The translations under genes and the position numbers were made by a program. Below, piece after piece: positions 36,375 through 47,107 of a stretch of DNA of 64,000 nt. Numbering within the stretch: position 1 is the first letter of the stretch; the number at the start of each line of letters is the position of its first letter. The stretch covers positions 704,001 through 768,000 of the forward strand of contig CBDCTZ010000015.1 in the NCBI GenBank assembly GCA_965222375.1. The letters run 5' to 3'. This DNA comes from Polyangiaceae bacterium. Lineage in GTDB: Bacteria; Myxococcota_A; Polyangia; Polyangiales; Polyangiaceae. Under the pieces are notes generated by a model that made no database searches, was not told the origin of the DNA, and was given only the letters and a program-made list of their open reading frames with translations.

Positions 36375-37778
36375 ATGAGTTCTTCGCTTCGACAACCTCG
36401 ACTCAAACGCACGACGCTACGCCACAACACCACGTTGGTCGCCGCTATGGCACTAGCGTTCTTTTCAGGCTGCGGTTCCGGCGACAACCCCGCCGAGCCC
36501 AAGACAAGCGTTGACGCTGGAAGCGATTCTCCGATCACGACGGACGCAGCTGATGATGCCGCTGCGGATGCGACGACGGACGGCGCGGCCACCGACACCT
36601 GCGTGAACGTGGACTGTGGCAGCTTCGGCAAATGCGTGGACAGCGCCGGAACCGCCAACTGTAACTGTGACCCCGGTTACCATGCCGATGGGCTCACGTG
36701 CATAGCAGATCCCTGCGTCGGCGCTGCCTGTCCGCGATCTGTTGCCGAATGGCGAAAACTGTATGACGCCGAGTGGAGCGTCAGGGACAAGGCAGAGTGT
36801 TTGAAGCGAGCCAAATCCGGCGGCTTCAACCAGGAGCACTATTTCCTCGGATACTGTATCGACGGGCTAATTTCGATCTGGCGCGCCACCGGTGACAACA
36901 GCTATCTGGACACGGCGCTGGAGTACATCCAACACACCCTGGACGACGCCAAGCTGGGCTCCGACGGCTACCGCCACTGGGATACGTACATCGATCCAAA
37001 GGGCGTTCCGCTCTGGGAGAGCATCTACTGGCGCATGGTGGTGACGCTACTGCGTGTGATGCAAAAGCACCCGAAGCTACTAGCCCAGAAAGACTACGCC
37101 AAGCAGCACGCGACCTTACTCAAGTTTTCAGAGCACGACATCTGGGACAAATGGGAGAGCGATGGCGTTGGCAACTTCTACCGCTCGCGGACCCACATGG
37201 CCAGCCACTGGGCGCGCTTGGGAATGGAGCTCTATCGCCTAACCGGAAAGAAGAAGTACAAGACCGTCTTCGACAATATCTCGTTCGGCAAGATGGTGGG
37301 ACGACCCTCGAATCTCAAGGCGCAGTTCTATCCCAACCCAAAGACTCCAACCGCTTACACGTGGTCACTGAAATGGGGAGCGCCCAAAGGGGAGAGCGTC
37401 CAGGATACGTCCCATGCCAACGTCATCGCTTCCTTCGTGGAGCTAGCCGAGGAAGCTGGCATGGGTTGGAAGCAAAGTGACGTTGACGCGCTGAAGTCGA
37501 CGTTGATGGACGTCATCTGGCCCGCCGCCCTGGGCCAAAACTACTATCGCAACGTCGATGGAACCGGCGGACAGTACGGACCCAAACCCGGAAACAACAT
37601 CGACCTCGTTCACGCGCGAGCGCACGAATGGCTGGTCTTTGGGCGCCGTGACCTCAAGCTGCAAAAGCGCATCGAGGCCGACTACACGGGCAAACATCTC
37701 AAGTGGTTCGGCACCCAAGCCCTGGGTATCGCCGCCCTCAACGCCAAGATTCTGATCGACGGCAAATCAGTCTATTGA
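36375..37778 (+). CDS. EGF-like lipoprotein paralog 3
   Basis: FFSGC lipobox; highly similar to paralog 4; start moved to ATG 36375, downstream of the promoter. Confidence 0.82.
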   Translation: MSSSLRQPRLKRTTLRHNTTLVAAMALAFFSGCGSGDNPAEPKTSVDAGSDSPITTDAADDAAADATTDGAATDTCVNVDCGSFGKCVDSAGTANCNCDPGYHADGLTCIADPCVGAACPRSVAEWRKLYDAEWSVRDKAECLKRAKSGGFNQEHYFLGYCIDGLISIWRATGDNSYLDTALEYIQHTLDDAKLGSDGYRHWDTYIDPKGVPLWESIYWRMVVTLLRVMQKHPKLLAQKDYAKQHATLLKFSEHDIWDKWESDGVGNFYRSRTHMASHWARLGMELYRLTGKKKYKTVFDNISFGKMVGRPSNLKAQFYPNPKTPTAYTWSLKWGAPKGESVQDTSHANVIASFVELAEEAGMGWKQSDVDALKSTLMDVIWPAALGQNYYRNVDGTGGQYGPKPGNNIDLVHARAHEWLVFGRRDLKLQKRIEADYTGKHLKWFGTQALGIAALNAKILIDGKSVY

Positions 37779-37781
37779 GGA

Positions 37782-37879
37782 CTGTGGGGCAAAGCCAACA
37801 GGGGCCGCACGACGAGGTTGCTATGGGCGTCGCCCGGACGCGGGAAACCCAGTGCGTTGGTGGCGGCACAAGACTTGCT
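37782..37879 (+). promoter_or_regulatory. Palindromic upstream site plus sigma54-type promoter
   Basis: CTGTGGG-N6-CCAACAG at 37782-37801; CGGCACAAGACTTGCT at 37864-37879. Confidence 0.65.
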
Positions 37880-37893
37880 GTAACCTGTGGTTC

Positions 37894-39378
37894 ATGAGCA
37901 AGCAATATCACCAGGCCCACAGCCAAGAGGCTTTGCTTCCATGGTCAACTAGCGTCACTGGTCAAGCGTCTCAACACCTGAGACGCGCATTGACAGCCGT
38001 CGCAGTTGTCTCAATGACCTTCGGCTGCGGTTCCGACGACAACCCCGCCGAACCCAAGACCAGTGTCGATGCTGGCACCGATTCCCCGATCACGGCGGAC
38101 GCGGCGGGCGATGCGACGACGGACGCCGCCCCAGATGCCGCCGACGCCGCAGTAACCGACACCTGCAAGGACGTCGACTGTGGCAGCTTTGGCAAATGCG
38201 TAGAAAACGCCGGAGCCGCCAGTTGCAGCTGCGATCCGGGTTACCATGCCGAAGGGCTTACGTGTGTGGCAGATCCCTGCGTCGGCAGCAACTGCCCGCG
38301 ACCTGTGGCCGAGTGGCAAAAGCTGTATGACGCCGAATGGACGGTTCGAGACAAAACCAAATGCCTCAACCTCGCCGAGTCCGGCGACCTTAAGCCACAG
38401 CTCGGCGACTATAAGCCAAAGTACTATTTCCTCGCGTACTGCATTGATGGGTTGGTTTCGATCTGGCGCGCCACCGGCGACAATAGCTACCTCGATACGA
38501 CGCTCGCGTATATCCAGCATACCGTGGACGACAGCAAACTAGACGCCAAGGGTTACCGGCGTTGGAAGTCCATCTACGAGAGCGGAAAGGTCGTCGACGA
38601 AGGTGTTCCCCTCTGGGAAAGCTACTACTGGCGCACGGTCGCGACGCTACTGCGTGTCATGCAAAAGCACCCGAATCTGCTAGCCCAAAAAGACTACGCC
38701 AAACAACACGCAGCTCTGCTCAAATTCTCCGAGCACGACATCTGGGACAAATGGGAGAGCGACGGCCTCAACAATCTGTATCGGTCTCGTACCCATATGG
38801 CGAGCCACTGGGCGCGCCTGGGCATGGAACTCCATCGCCTCACCGGAAAGAAGAAGTACAAGACGGTCTTCGACAACATTTCGTTTGGCGAAATGGTGGG
38901 CCGGCCGTCAAATCTCAAGGCACAGTTTCAAGCAAACCCTAAGACAAAAAGCGCCTACACCTGGTCGTCCCATTGGGGCAAGCCCCCAGAGAACAACGTA
39001 CAGGACACGTCCCACGCCGGAGCCATCATCTCCTTTGTAGAACTGGCAGAGGAAGCCGGCATGTATTGGAAGAAGAGCGATGTGGACGCACTGAAATCGA
39101 CGTTGACGGACGTCGTTTGGCCCGATGCTTTGGGACAAAACTACTACCGCAACGTCGACGGAACCGGCGGGCAGTACGGCCCCAAACCGGGCAACAAAAT
39201 CGATCTGGTTCACGGCCGGGCGCACGAATGGCTGGTTCTTGGGCGCCGCGATCTCAAACTGCAAAAGCGCATCGAAGCCGACTACACTGGCAATCACCTC
39301 AAGTATTTTGGCACCCAGGCTATCGGCATTGCCGCCCTCAACGCGAAGATCCTGATCGACGGCAAGCCGGCGTATTGA
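37894..39378 (+). CDS. EGF-like lipoprotein paralog 4
   Basis: MTFGC lipobox; long stretches of DNA identity with paralog 3. Confidence 0.82.
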   Translation: MSKQYHQAHSQEALLPWSTSVTGQASQHLRRALTAVAVVSMTFGCGSDDNPAEPKTSVDAGTDSPITADAAGDATTDAAPDAADAAVTDTCKDVDCGSFGKCVENAGAASCSCDPGYHAEGLTCVADPCVGSNCPRPVAEWQKLYDAEWTVRDKTKCLNLAESGDLKPQLGDYKPKYYFLAYCIDGLVSIWRATGDNSYLDTTLAYIQHTVDDSKLDAKGYRRWKSIYESGKVVDEGVPLWESYYWRTVATLLRVMQKHPNLLAQKDYAKQHAALLKFSEHDIWDKWESDGLNNLYRSRTHMASHWARLGMELHRLTGKKKYKTVFDNISFGEMVGRPSNLKAQFQANPKTKSAYTWSSHWGKPPENNVQDTSHAGAIISFVELAEEAGMYWKKSDVDALKSTLTDVVWPDALGQNYYRNVDGTGGQYGPKPGNKIDLVHGRAHEWLVLGRRDLKLQKRIEADYTGNHLKYFGTQAIGIAALNAKILIDGKPAY

Positions 39379-39459
39379 GCAGTTAACGGGCTTCTGATAG
39401 CTCTCGTGGGGCTCAGCTGATTCCCTCTTTGGACCAACTCGCAGCGTATGATCAAGGAG

Positions 39460-40700
39460 TGAATGGCCCGCAGAGTGAGCAGCCGGTTCCGGAGCGCATC
39501 GGCCGCTACGACGTTCTGGTGCCGCTGGGCCGCGGTGGTATGGCCACCGTCTATCTCGCCCGCGCCGAAGTCGTGCCCGGCGTCCCGCGTGACTACGCCC
39601 TAAAACTGATGCACGCGCACCTGCGCGGCGATCCGGAATGGGCAACCCACCTCTTACAGGAAGCGAAGATCGCCGCCCGGATCCAACATCTCAACGTAGT
39701 ATCGGTAGTGGAGGCCGGGGATGATCCCTTAGGTCTTTTCTTGGTTCTCGACTACATTGAGGGCGATACCCTTTCCGGCCTGAGCCGCACGCTGAACAAA
39801 CAGAACCGGCGGCTACCGCTACCGATCAACGGTAGGATCCTTCTCGACGCGATAACCGGTTTGCACGCCGCACACGAGCTGCGTGACGACGTTGGAAAGC
39901 CGGTCAATCTGGTACACCGGGACTTTTCGCCGCAAAACATCTTGGTCGGTGTTGACGGCATTGGGCGCCTGACAGACTTCGGCATTGCCAAGGCGCAAGG
40001 CACGCAAGTTACGGCAACCGGGGTTCTCAAGGGCAAGATCAGCTACATGTCACCGGAGCAAGCTCGTGGTCGAAGCGTCGACCGCCGCTCGGACGTGTGG
40101 GCTGCCGGGGTGATCGCGTGGGAGCTGCTTGCCAACCGCCGTCTCTACCCCAAACAGAGCGAGACCGAAACGCTGCTGGCCATTGTGCAAAACACTCCGC
40201 CGCCGCTGCGCGAAGTAAGAGCAGACATCTCGCCAGAGCTGGAAGCTATTGTCGCGGAAGCCTTGCAACCGGACGCTGACGAACGAATAGCCGACGTGCT
40301 TTCCTTTGGCCAAAGGCTTGAGTCCGCGTGGCGCTCTGCCGTAGGGCTAGCCGGTACTTCAGAAGTTGCCAATCTAGTCCGGCAGGCGGTTGAGCCAACA
40401 GCGAAACGACGTCGCGCTCAGATCGCACAGGTGCTGGCCCCGCGAGCCGGCGAAAGCGGCACTGCACCTTTGGCAACGAAATACAACGTCACCAGCGAAT
40501 CCGTGTCGGGCGGAGCGTGAAGTCGAATTCGAGCTGGAAGCCACAAGCGTAGGCGGCAATACCGCCACCGCCCACATCAAGCGGAACCAAGGCACGGTAA
40601 CACTGAAGTTCGGCGTTGCGCGACGCTACTGGCCACGACCGACGAAGAAGAAGCCCACCGAGGAACTCGCGCCCACGCCCTTCAAACGTAGTCCGAAATA
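39460..40700 (+). pseudogene. Ser/Thr protein kinase; kinase domain intact, C-terminus disrupted
   Basis: GRGGMATVY, HRDFSPQN, DFG and YMSPE motifs; stop at 40520 with no TM segment, and a tail-like sequence (EVEFELEATS...APTPFKRSPK) in another frame. Confidence 0.75.
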
Positions 40701-40764
40701 ACCCGCTAGCGAAGGCCGTGCCGACGCAGCAACGAGAGCAGATACGCGCGATCCATTTCCGCCT

Positions 40765-40929
40765 TCTCGACCCCGCCTGACCCAGCTCAGCCAGCGCCAA
40801 GCTCCGCTTTGGTTTCGCTCAAATCAGCCGTCATTCCACCCTGAATGAAACAACTTGTTCGTGGATCGGAGGTTACGCGAACTTTCCTCGTGGTGTTTTC
40901 GCGCGAACGCTTTTGGTCCGCCTAGACTC
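40765..40929 (+). mobile_element. 109-bp element copy 6 (40820-40929) with left extension
   Basis: Matches consensus; the extension is shared with copy 1. Confidence 0.82.
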
Positions 40930-41248
40930 TGCGCTTCGTACGAGGGATGACCCTTGCCGCTGCTGTTTGGGCGGTTGGACTTGGCACTGGGTGTGGAGAG
41001 AAGTTCACCTGTGGCGAGGCGGCGAATTGCGCCACCGGCGGCACGTCAGGCGACAGTAGGGCCAGCTCACGCTCCCCAGGGGAATCGAACGCGGCAGGCG
41101 GCTTGGCGTCCTCGATGCCGTCGGGCAGGTCCGCTCTAGGCAACTCCGGCATGGCCGGCATGATACCGCGTCGTGATGCAGCAAGAAGTCTGAACTCCAA
41201 GCGCCACCACGCCCCGGGCAGCGGGCGGGGGCTCGGCGGTGCGCGCGC

Positions 41249-41782
41249 TCAGAGGCCCTCTTTGGAGTTGAAGGACCCGCTGAAGTTGACGGGCTTCGCG
41301 GCAGCGTTCCCTTGGTCGCGAGCTGAGAACTCGAACGTCCCCGACACCGAGCTGGTCGTGGAAGAATCGATCGTGAGCGTGCCGGTGATTGACGAATACG
41401 TCGTTCCCAACGTAGCTTGATCGACGATCGAAAGGCCCACGAAGTCCCCGCTGGCTGGCTTGCCGCCCGTGGCGACGAAATCGGCGATGTTGTAGGTGCC
41501 GGTGTTGGGCGCGGCTGTCAGCGAGCTGCCGATCGAGACCAAGCTGGTGTCGCGTTTCGAGAGGAGCTCCATCGCCCACGAGGCGTCCACGCCAGATCGG
41601 GCAACTCCGCAGAGTTCGGTCGTCGCGATGTCATCTCCGGAGATGGTGAGCGTGAACTCGCCAGGACCGCCCGAACAGACGCCGGCACCGCCGCCGCCTC
41701 CGCTGCCTCCCCCAGCGCCAGAGCAAGCGGCGGCGGAGAGCGCTAGGGCGAGAGTCAATATGGATACCTTGGGCTGTGACAT
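41249..41782 (-). CDS. Putative lipoprotein (beta-strand rich)
   Basis: MSQPKVSILTLALALSAAAC; GTLTIDS...VSGTFEF...NFSGSF. Confidence 0.8.
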   Translation of the reverse strand: MSQPKVSILTLALALSAAACSGAGGGSGGGGGAGVCSGGPGEFTLTISGDDIATTELCGVARSGVDASWAMELLSKRDTSLVSIGSSLTAAPNTGTYNIADFVATGGKPASGDFVGLSIVDQATLGTTYSSITGTLTIDSSTTSSVSGTFEFSARDQGNAAAKPVNFSGSFNSKEGL

Positions 41783-42322
41783 GAGACCTCGATTGGCTTG
41801 AAGCGATGCGTTGTGAAAACAGGATGCGTCGCCCCGCGCCCCTGTCACGTGATCAGAACGCGAGCAGTTCATGAGCTCGGCCTCGAACTAGGTTTTCGTC
41901 AGGCGAAAAGCCCCATTCACATCGCCAGCAGCAAAGTCTCCGCCAGCGCCTGCGCCGCGACGTCATTCTGCGCAAGGTGCGCAGGTTTCGGACTGTCTCG
42001 GGGGGCACAGCCCGGTCTTGCGCTGGTTTTCCACTGGCATCGGTGTTGCTCGGGAATCCGCAATTCTCTTTGCGTCAGCATCTGGAGGCTTGAACGACCC
42101 ACCGATTCCCTTGGCCATACCGCTGCGCCGTATTCCTAGCCTGTTGGGGTTGGTCGTTCCCTGCGGGTGGCGGTGCTCCGGCCGGAGCATGCCATGCCAC
42201 AAACTCGACCGGGACCCAGCTCGCCACCGCAAAGACGCAAGCTCTTCCTGCAGGAAGCAACAAAAACCCTGCAGCCTGGGCGGTAGCTTTGCTCCGCGTC
42301 GGTCTCTCGCTATGATGCTTCT

Positions 42323-43267
42323 GTGAAAGCCAAAGTAGCGATGTTGTGCCTGATGGCTGCGTGCCATTTGACGCCGGAGGCGGTGGCTCAAATTAATTCC
42401 AACGCGACTGCGGATGCGCTGTTCCGAGACGCGGTCGCACTTGCCGACAAGGGCAAGTTCGAGCTGGCGATCCCGAGGTTTCAAGCCAGCTACGAGCTCG
42501 ACCCAGCGCACGGTACTTTGTTGGGTTGGGCCATGGCTGAAGAGGGCGCGCGGCGGCTCGCACAGGCGCTCTCGCGTTATCATGAGCTACTTGACGTTGC
42601 GCAGCGTTCTGGTGACATGCGCCGCGCCCGTGTGGCCAAGGAGCGTATCGCGTCGCTGGAACCTCGTGTGCCCAAGATCTTGATCGTTGCGCAAGAGGTT
42701 CCAACTGGTGCCAAGTTCAGTATCGATGGCCAACCGCTGCCCGCGGGAGTCGTAGGCACGCTCTTGCCGGTCGATCCCGGCGAACACACGCTGCGGGCAT
42801 CCACTCCCGGCAGCTGGACCTTCGAGGAGCTGATCACCGCAAAAGAATTCAAGACCGTTCGGGTGGACCTGGCCTGGGACAAGTTCCGCGTTACGTCTAC
42901 GCATTCATCGCCGAAGGACACTCCCGACAGCTCTCCACCTACGGCGTTGACTTCACTGCAGTTGGCAGGTCTGGCAGTTGGCGGAGCCGGGGTCCTCGCC
43001 GCAGGTCTGGGCACGTACTGGTACGTGGATGCTGGAAGCGACTTCGACGACGTAGAGTCAAGCTGCAACAACAACACTTGTCCGCCAAGCGCGGCAGGAC
43101 CCATCGAGAGCGGTCGTCGGAAGGAAAACATGGGGCGTATCAGCCTGATCCTCGGAGGTATCATGGCGGCGACAGGCGCAACCCTTTTTGTCATTGGTCG
43201 AGAAGAAAAGCCCCATATCGCTGCTACCGTTCGTCCCGGCGGGGTCTCTGTTGGCGGCAAATTCTGA
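42323..43267 (+). CDS. TPR plus PEGA-like domain secreted/membrane protein
   Basis: ADALFRDA...FQASYELDP, VDPGEHTL, C-terminal hydrophobic segments; typical myxobacterial kinase-adjacent gene. Confidence 0.8.
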   Translation: MKAKVAMLCLMAACHLTPEAVAQINSNATADALFRDAVALADKGKFELAIPRFQASYELDPAHGTLLGWAMAEEGARRLAQALSRYHELLDVAQRSGDMRRARVAKERIASLEPRVPKILIVAQEVPTGAKFSIDGQPLPAGVVGTLLPVDPGEHTLRASTPGSWTFEELITAKEFKTVRVDLAWDKFRVTSTHSSPKDTPDSSPPTALTSLQLAGLAVGGAGVLAAGLGTYWYVDAGSDFDDVESSCNNNTCPPSAAGPIESGRRKENMGRISLILGGIMAATGATLFVIGREEKPHIAATVRPGGVSVGGKF

Positions 43268-43321
43268 GGCGGCTCGCTCGAGTTTTGCCGCACCGCCCAG
43301 GATGCTACCCTAGCAGTTGGG

Positions 43322-44833
43322 ATGTCCGCGGCCGAGCCGAAGAAAGTTGTTGGGCGCTACGCGCTATATTCGGAGTTGGCTAGCGGTGGGATGGCTACGG
43401 TTCATATCGCACGCCTACTCGGAGAGGCAGGCTTTGCTCGAACAGTAGCGGTGAAGCGGTTGCACTCAGGCTTCGCAAAGGATCAACGATTCGTCTCCAT
43501 GTTCCTGGATGAGGCCCGCCTCGCTGCTCGGATCCGCCATCCGAACGTCGTGCCCGTGATTGACGTGGTCGCGGCAAGGGAGGAGCTGCTCCTGGTGATG
43601 GAGTTCGTTCAGGGAGAGGCCCTGTCGTCATTGTTGAGGTTGACAGCGCCGAAGGCGACGCCTCCGACCATTGCAGCGAAAATCGTGTGTGACATGCTGT
43701 ATGGGCTGCATGCAGCCCACGAAGCGACGGGCGAACAGGGGCAACCGCTGGATATCGTCCACAGGGACGTTTCCCCCCAAAACCTACTCGTCGGCGTCGA
43801 TGGTATCTCCCAAGTAACGGACTTTGGCATCGCGAAAGCCGCCAACCGTCTTGAGACCACCCGAGACGGACAGCTCAAGGGCAAGCTCGCGTACATGTCG
43901 CCAGAGCAACTGCGGGAACGACCCGTTGATCGGCGTACCGATGTGTACGCGGCGTCAGTGGTACTGTGGGAGATGCTCGCCGCCCGGCGGCTGTTCGCCA
44001 AGAGCGAACCCTGCGCAACGATTACGAGTGTGTTGAAGGGTGCGAATACGCCTCCGAGCGCTCATGCCGGAGTGCCGAGACAACTGGATGCAATCGTCAT
44101 GCGCGGTCTATCTGCAGATCCCCGGAGGCGGTGGGCAACAGCCAAAGAGATGGCAGTAGCCATCGAGCGCGCCAACCTGGTTGCGCCCGCTGCCGATGTG
44201 GCCGCCTGGGTCCAGAACGCCGCCGGCGCGTCTATTGCCACGCGAGCCCGGTATCTCTCAGAGCTGGAGAGTAGCTCGACTAGCGCTAGTAAGCGGGCGG
44301 CCAAGAGTTATGCATCGCGAATCTCGATAGCGGATGGCCACGGGGATGTCGCGGGAAAAACTCGAGTCGAGCCTGCGTCCAGGGCGCGCGGGCCGGCTCA
44401 TAGTCTGGTCTCGGGCGCGAATCTTTCGCGCACTGCCTTCGGGCCATTGGCACCCCGCCAAACCGCGGTGTGGGCAGCGGGCGCACTATCTGCAGTTGTG
44501 TTGCTAGCGGGGGTGGCGGTCATCGTAGTCCTGAATGCGCCGCAAATGCGAAGCGCTGAGGGCAGGACCGCAGGCCCAGGGCCTAGCGCCATAGCCTCTT
44601 CCCAGGCGCCCACTGCTCCGACTCCGGCGGCGGAGCAACAATCGGATCCCTCACTGCCTTTCTTCGGCGACTTCGACGCCGAGGTGCCTCACACCGCCAG
44701 GGATGCAAGTGTTGTGGGCGCTGGGGATGCCGCAATCGCAAGTTCTAGACCGCGGCCCCGTTGGTTTCCTCCGCGAGCGAAGCCGAAACCCAGTGCCTCC
44801 TCCTCGCCCTTCCAGGGCTTGTCACGAAAGTGA
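43322..44833 (+). CDS. Membrane Ser/Thr protein kinase
   Basis: ASGGMATV, HRDVSPQN, DFG and YMSPE motifs, a TM helix and a Pro-rich tail. Confidence 0.92.
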   Translation: MSAAEPKKVVGRYALYSELASGGMATVHIARLLGEAGFARTVAVKRLHSGFAKDQRFVSMFLDEARLAARIRHPNVVPVIDVVAAREELLLVMEFVQGEALSSLLRLTAPKATPPTIAAKIVCDMLYGLHAAHEATGEQGQPLDIVHRDVSPQNLLVGVDGISQVTDFGIAKAANRLETTRDGQLKGKLAYMSPEQLRERPVDRRTDVYAASVVLWEMLAARRLFAKSEPCATITSVLKGANTPPSAHAGVPRQLDAIVMRGLSADPRRRWATAKEMAVAIERANLVAPAADVAAWVQNAAGASIATRARYLSELESSSTSASKRAAKSYASRISIADGHGDVAGKTRVEPASRARGPAHSLVSGANLSRTAFGPLAPRQTAVWAAGALSAVVLLAGVAVIVVLNAPQMRSAEGRTAGPGPSAIASSQAPTAPTPAAEQQSDPSLPFFGDFDAEVPHTARDASVVGAGDAAIASSRPRPRWFPPRAKPKPSASSSPFQGLSRK

Positions 44834-44983
44834 CAGGTGGGAAAGCACATTGGGTGATTGCCCTTTGTGCTTGGTGTAGCTGTCGTTGGCCAGGACGAGG
44901 AACCATCGGCTACCCGCCGGCACTTCGGATGCCGGCCCCGGCGCTGACGGTCGACAACGCCAGCGTCCCATACCCATTTGCGT

Positions 44984-47044
44984 TCACTCCAAGATGATCG
45001 GTGCGCCGCCGTTCGGATCCGGCATGAAGAAGCCGCCGCCCGGTGGCGGATTCGGGACCTGGTCGCGCAGGGCTTTGGCCTCGGCAACCACTTCAGACCA
45101 CGGGAGCGGTGGCAACGGCTGTCCCACAGCGGAATAGCTGTGTGCCGTTTGCTCCCGCGACAGGTTGAACGCGCGGTAGCACATGCCGTGGTGACGCTCG
45201 TGAAGGTTGCCCAGAGGAACGAACTGGTAGGCGCCGTTCTTCACCCAGCCGGCATCGGACAGGGCGAGGAAGGACGGAAAGTCGATGCCGTTCTTGTACA
45301 CGAACGTGTGTGAGTCCTCCTGCCACAAGTATTCAGCCTGTTCCTTGCGTCCCGCGATGACCTGCTGCGGCGTCAGCGCGGCTTGCGTCCCGTACTCCAA
45401 GGAAAAATCATCCGCTTCCTGCTCGGTCGTGTATCGCCCCAGATGGCGCTCTTCGATCGTCTTCAGCAAAGCTTGCTTGTCGTCGTCCAGCGGAGCCACG
45501 GCCGCTTGAAGCTCATTCAGCAGTTGCTCGAGCGTCGTGACGGTCGCCACGTCGGGGGGAGCAGTACCCTCGAGGTTCAGTTTGATGAGCTCAGTCTGGA
45601 TGGCTGAGCGTGACAGGGTGGCTGCCGACGCCGTGTCAGCAATGGTGATACCGCCGGCGCACGCACTCAGCTTTTCTTCGTATTCGAGGTACTTCGCTTC
45701 GGCGTTTGCCGACACATTTCCACACCCGAAGCAGGCGAACTCGTCTTTCCACGTCGGTTCTACGGTCGCGAGGGCGGCGTCACATGGGCAGCCGCTGGTG
45801 CATGCGCTCTTCAACAAGGTATCGACCAGCGATTGCAATACGAAGCGGGTGAGCCGCGGGCTGTAGGCCTGGCCGGGGACGGTTGGTATTGGATACGAAA
45901 AGACGCGTCGTAGTTCCGCCTGAATCTGGTTCGAGTCGCTCGCCGGGGAGGCTGGGGCGCTGGTCGGTGCTTCGCCTTGCTCGTACCAAAAATCGAACCG
46001 ATCAGAAATGGACGCGGTTAGCGCGTGGGCGTTGTAGTAGTGGCCAAGCTCATGGGCGAGGGTGCCGACTACGGATGCCTCGCTCTTGGAGATTGCGATC
46101 ATCTCGGAACTGAAGTGAACATAGGGTGAAGTTGCGTAGAAGATGCCTTCGTCCGCTCCGGTGTTTTGACCCTTGTATTCGCAGGAGTCACCGCTCACGT
46201 GAACGACGCCCCCCTCCAGCGACAGCTGGCACTTGCCGCCGAGCTGGTTGAAGCTCTCCACGAAGCCGACCACCTCCGTCGACCAGGTGGCATCCACGCA
46301 ACGCATGGGGCCGGCATGGATGAATTGCCCGAGTAGGCGATCCTTGACGCCATCAGGAAGTAGTACGACTCTTGGCTGAGACCGCTCGGGGCGCGCCTCG
46401 CCAACGTCGATGGCAACTGGGGCTTTTACACAGGTGGGGATGCCGCTGACCCATGCGTTCGGCGATCTCGCGGGGCGGATCACGACGACCGGTGGTGGGA
46501 TGACGTTTTCCGCCGCGGGATTGTTCTTCACGACCGCCGCGTGTATGCGGTCGGCCCACACTTGTAGTTGCGCGACCGTTCGGTGCGCTGGCGTGCCCGG
46601 CGCGACTGGATCGCCCACAGGAAAAGGAGGCTTGGTGGCATGCGAGAGGAAGTCGCTGTACGACGATTCGACCCACAAATACGGAGATGCGGCGGTCTGA
46701 AGGTGGGTGGCGCCGGAGGTGCAGACACCTTGATAGTCGCTACAGCAGTCGCCGTAGCCGACACAAGCGGAGTCGCAATAGCAGTTGCCTTGTGATTTTC
46801 CTCCGCAATGATCCCCGGCCGGTGTTCTGCAGGAGCCCGCGTTGTCCGCCTTGCCGATCGGACCGCGGTCATCCGGAGGGTTCGGCGTATCCGCTGCGGC
46901 GCTGTCGTCCAGGCTGGAGCAGGCGCTGCTCAAGAGGCCGAAGGCCAGGAGAGCGCTAGCGATGCTGCGGCGTGGCGCCGTGGCGCCGCGCCTCGGCAAG
47001 GACTCGTCGGGCTGAGGGTGTGCGGTGCGGTCGGTAGAAGACAT
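44984..47044 (-). CDS. M48-like zinc metallopeptidase lipoprotein with a somatomedin-B-like domain
   Basis: SSAC lipobox, GKAD, CYCDSACVGYGDCCSDY, NAW, LAHELGH and EQEAD motifs. Confidence 0.82.
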   Translation of the reverse strand: MSSTDRTAHPQPDESLPRRGATAPRRSIASALLAFGLLSSACSSLDDSAAADTPNPPDDRGPIGKADNAGSCRTPAGDHCGGKSQGNCYCDSACVGYGDCCSDYQGVCTSGATHLQTAASPYLWVESSYSDFLSHATKPPFPVGDPVAPGTPAHRTVAQLQVWADRIHAAVVKNNPAAENVIPPPVVVIRPARSPNAWVSGIPTCVKAPVAIDVGEARPERSQPRVVLLPDGVKDRLLGQFIHAGPMRCVDATWSTEVVGFVESFNQLGGKCQLSLEGGVVHVSGDSCEYKGQNTGADEGIFYATSPYVHFSSEMIAISKSEASVVGTLAHELGHYYNAHALTASISDRFDFWYEQGEAPTSAPASPASDSNQIQAELRRVFSYPIPTVPGQAYSPRLTRFVLQSLVDTLLKSACTSGCPCDAALATVEPTWKDEFACFGCGNVSANAEAKYLEYEEKLSACAGGITIADTASAATLSRSAIQTELIKLNLEGTAPPDVATVTTLEQLLNELQAAVAPLDDDKQALLKTIEERHLGRYTTEQEADDFSLEYGTQAALTPQQVIAGRKEQAEYLWQEDSHTFVYKNGIDFPSFLALSDAGWVKNGAYQFVPLGNLHERHHGMCYRAFNLSREQTAHSYSAVGQPLPPLPWSEVVAEAKALRDQVPNPPPGGGFFMPDPNGGAPIILE

Positions 47045-47107
47045 TTCCCGTATTCCTTTTGAAGTTGGCGATCTACGCGCAGCGGCGCTGATTTTTCGGT
47101 CCCCGGC

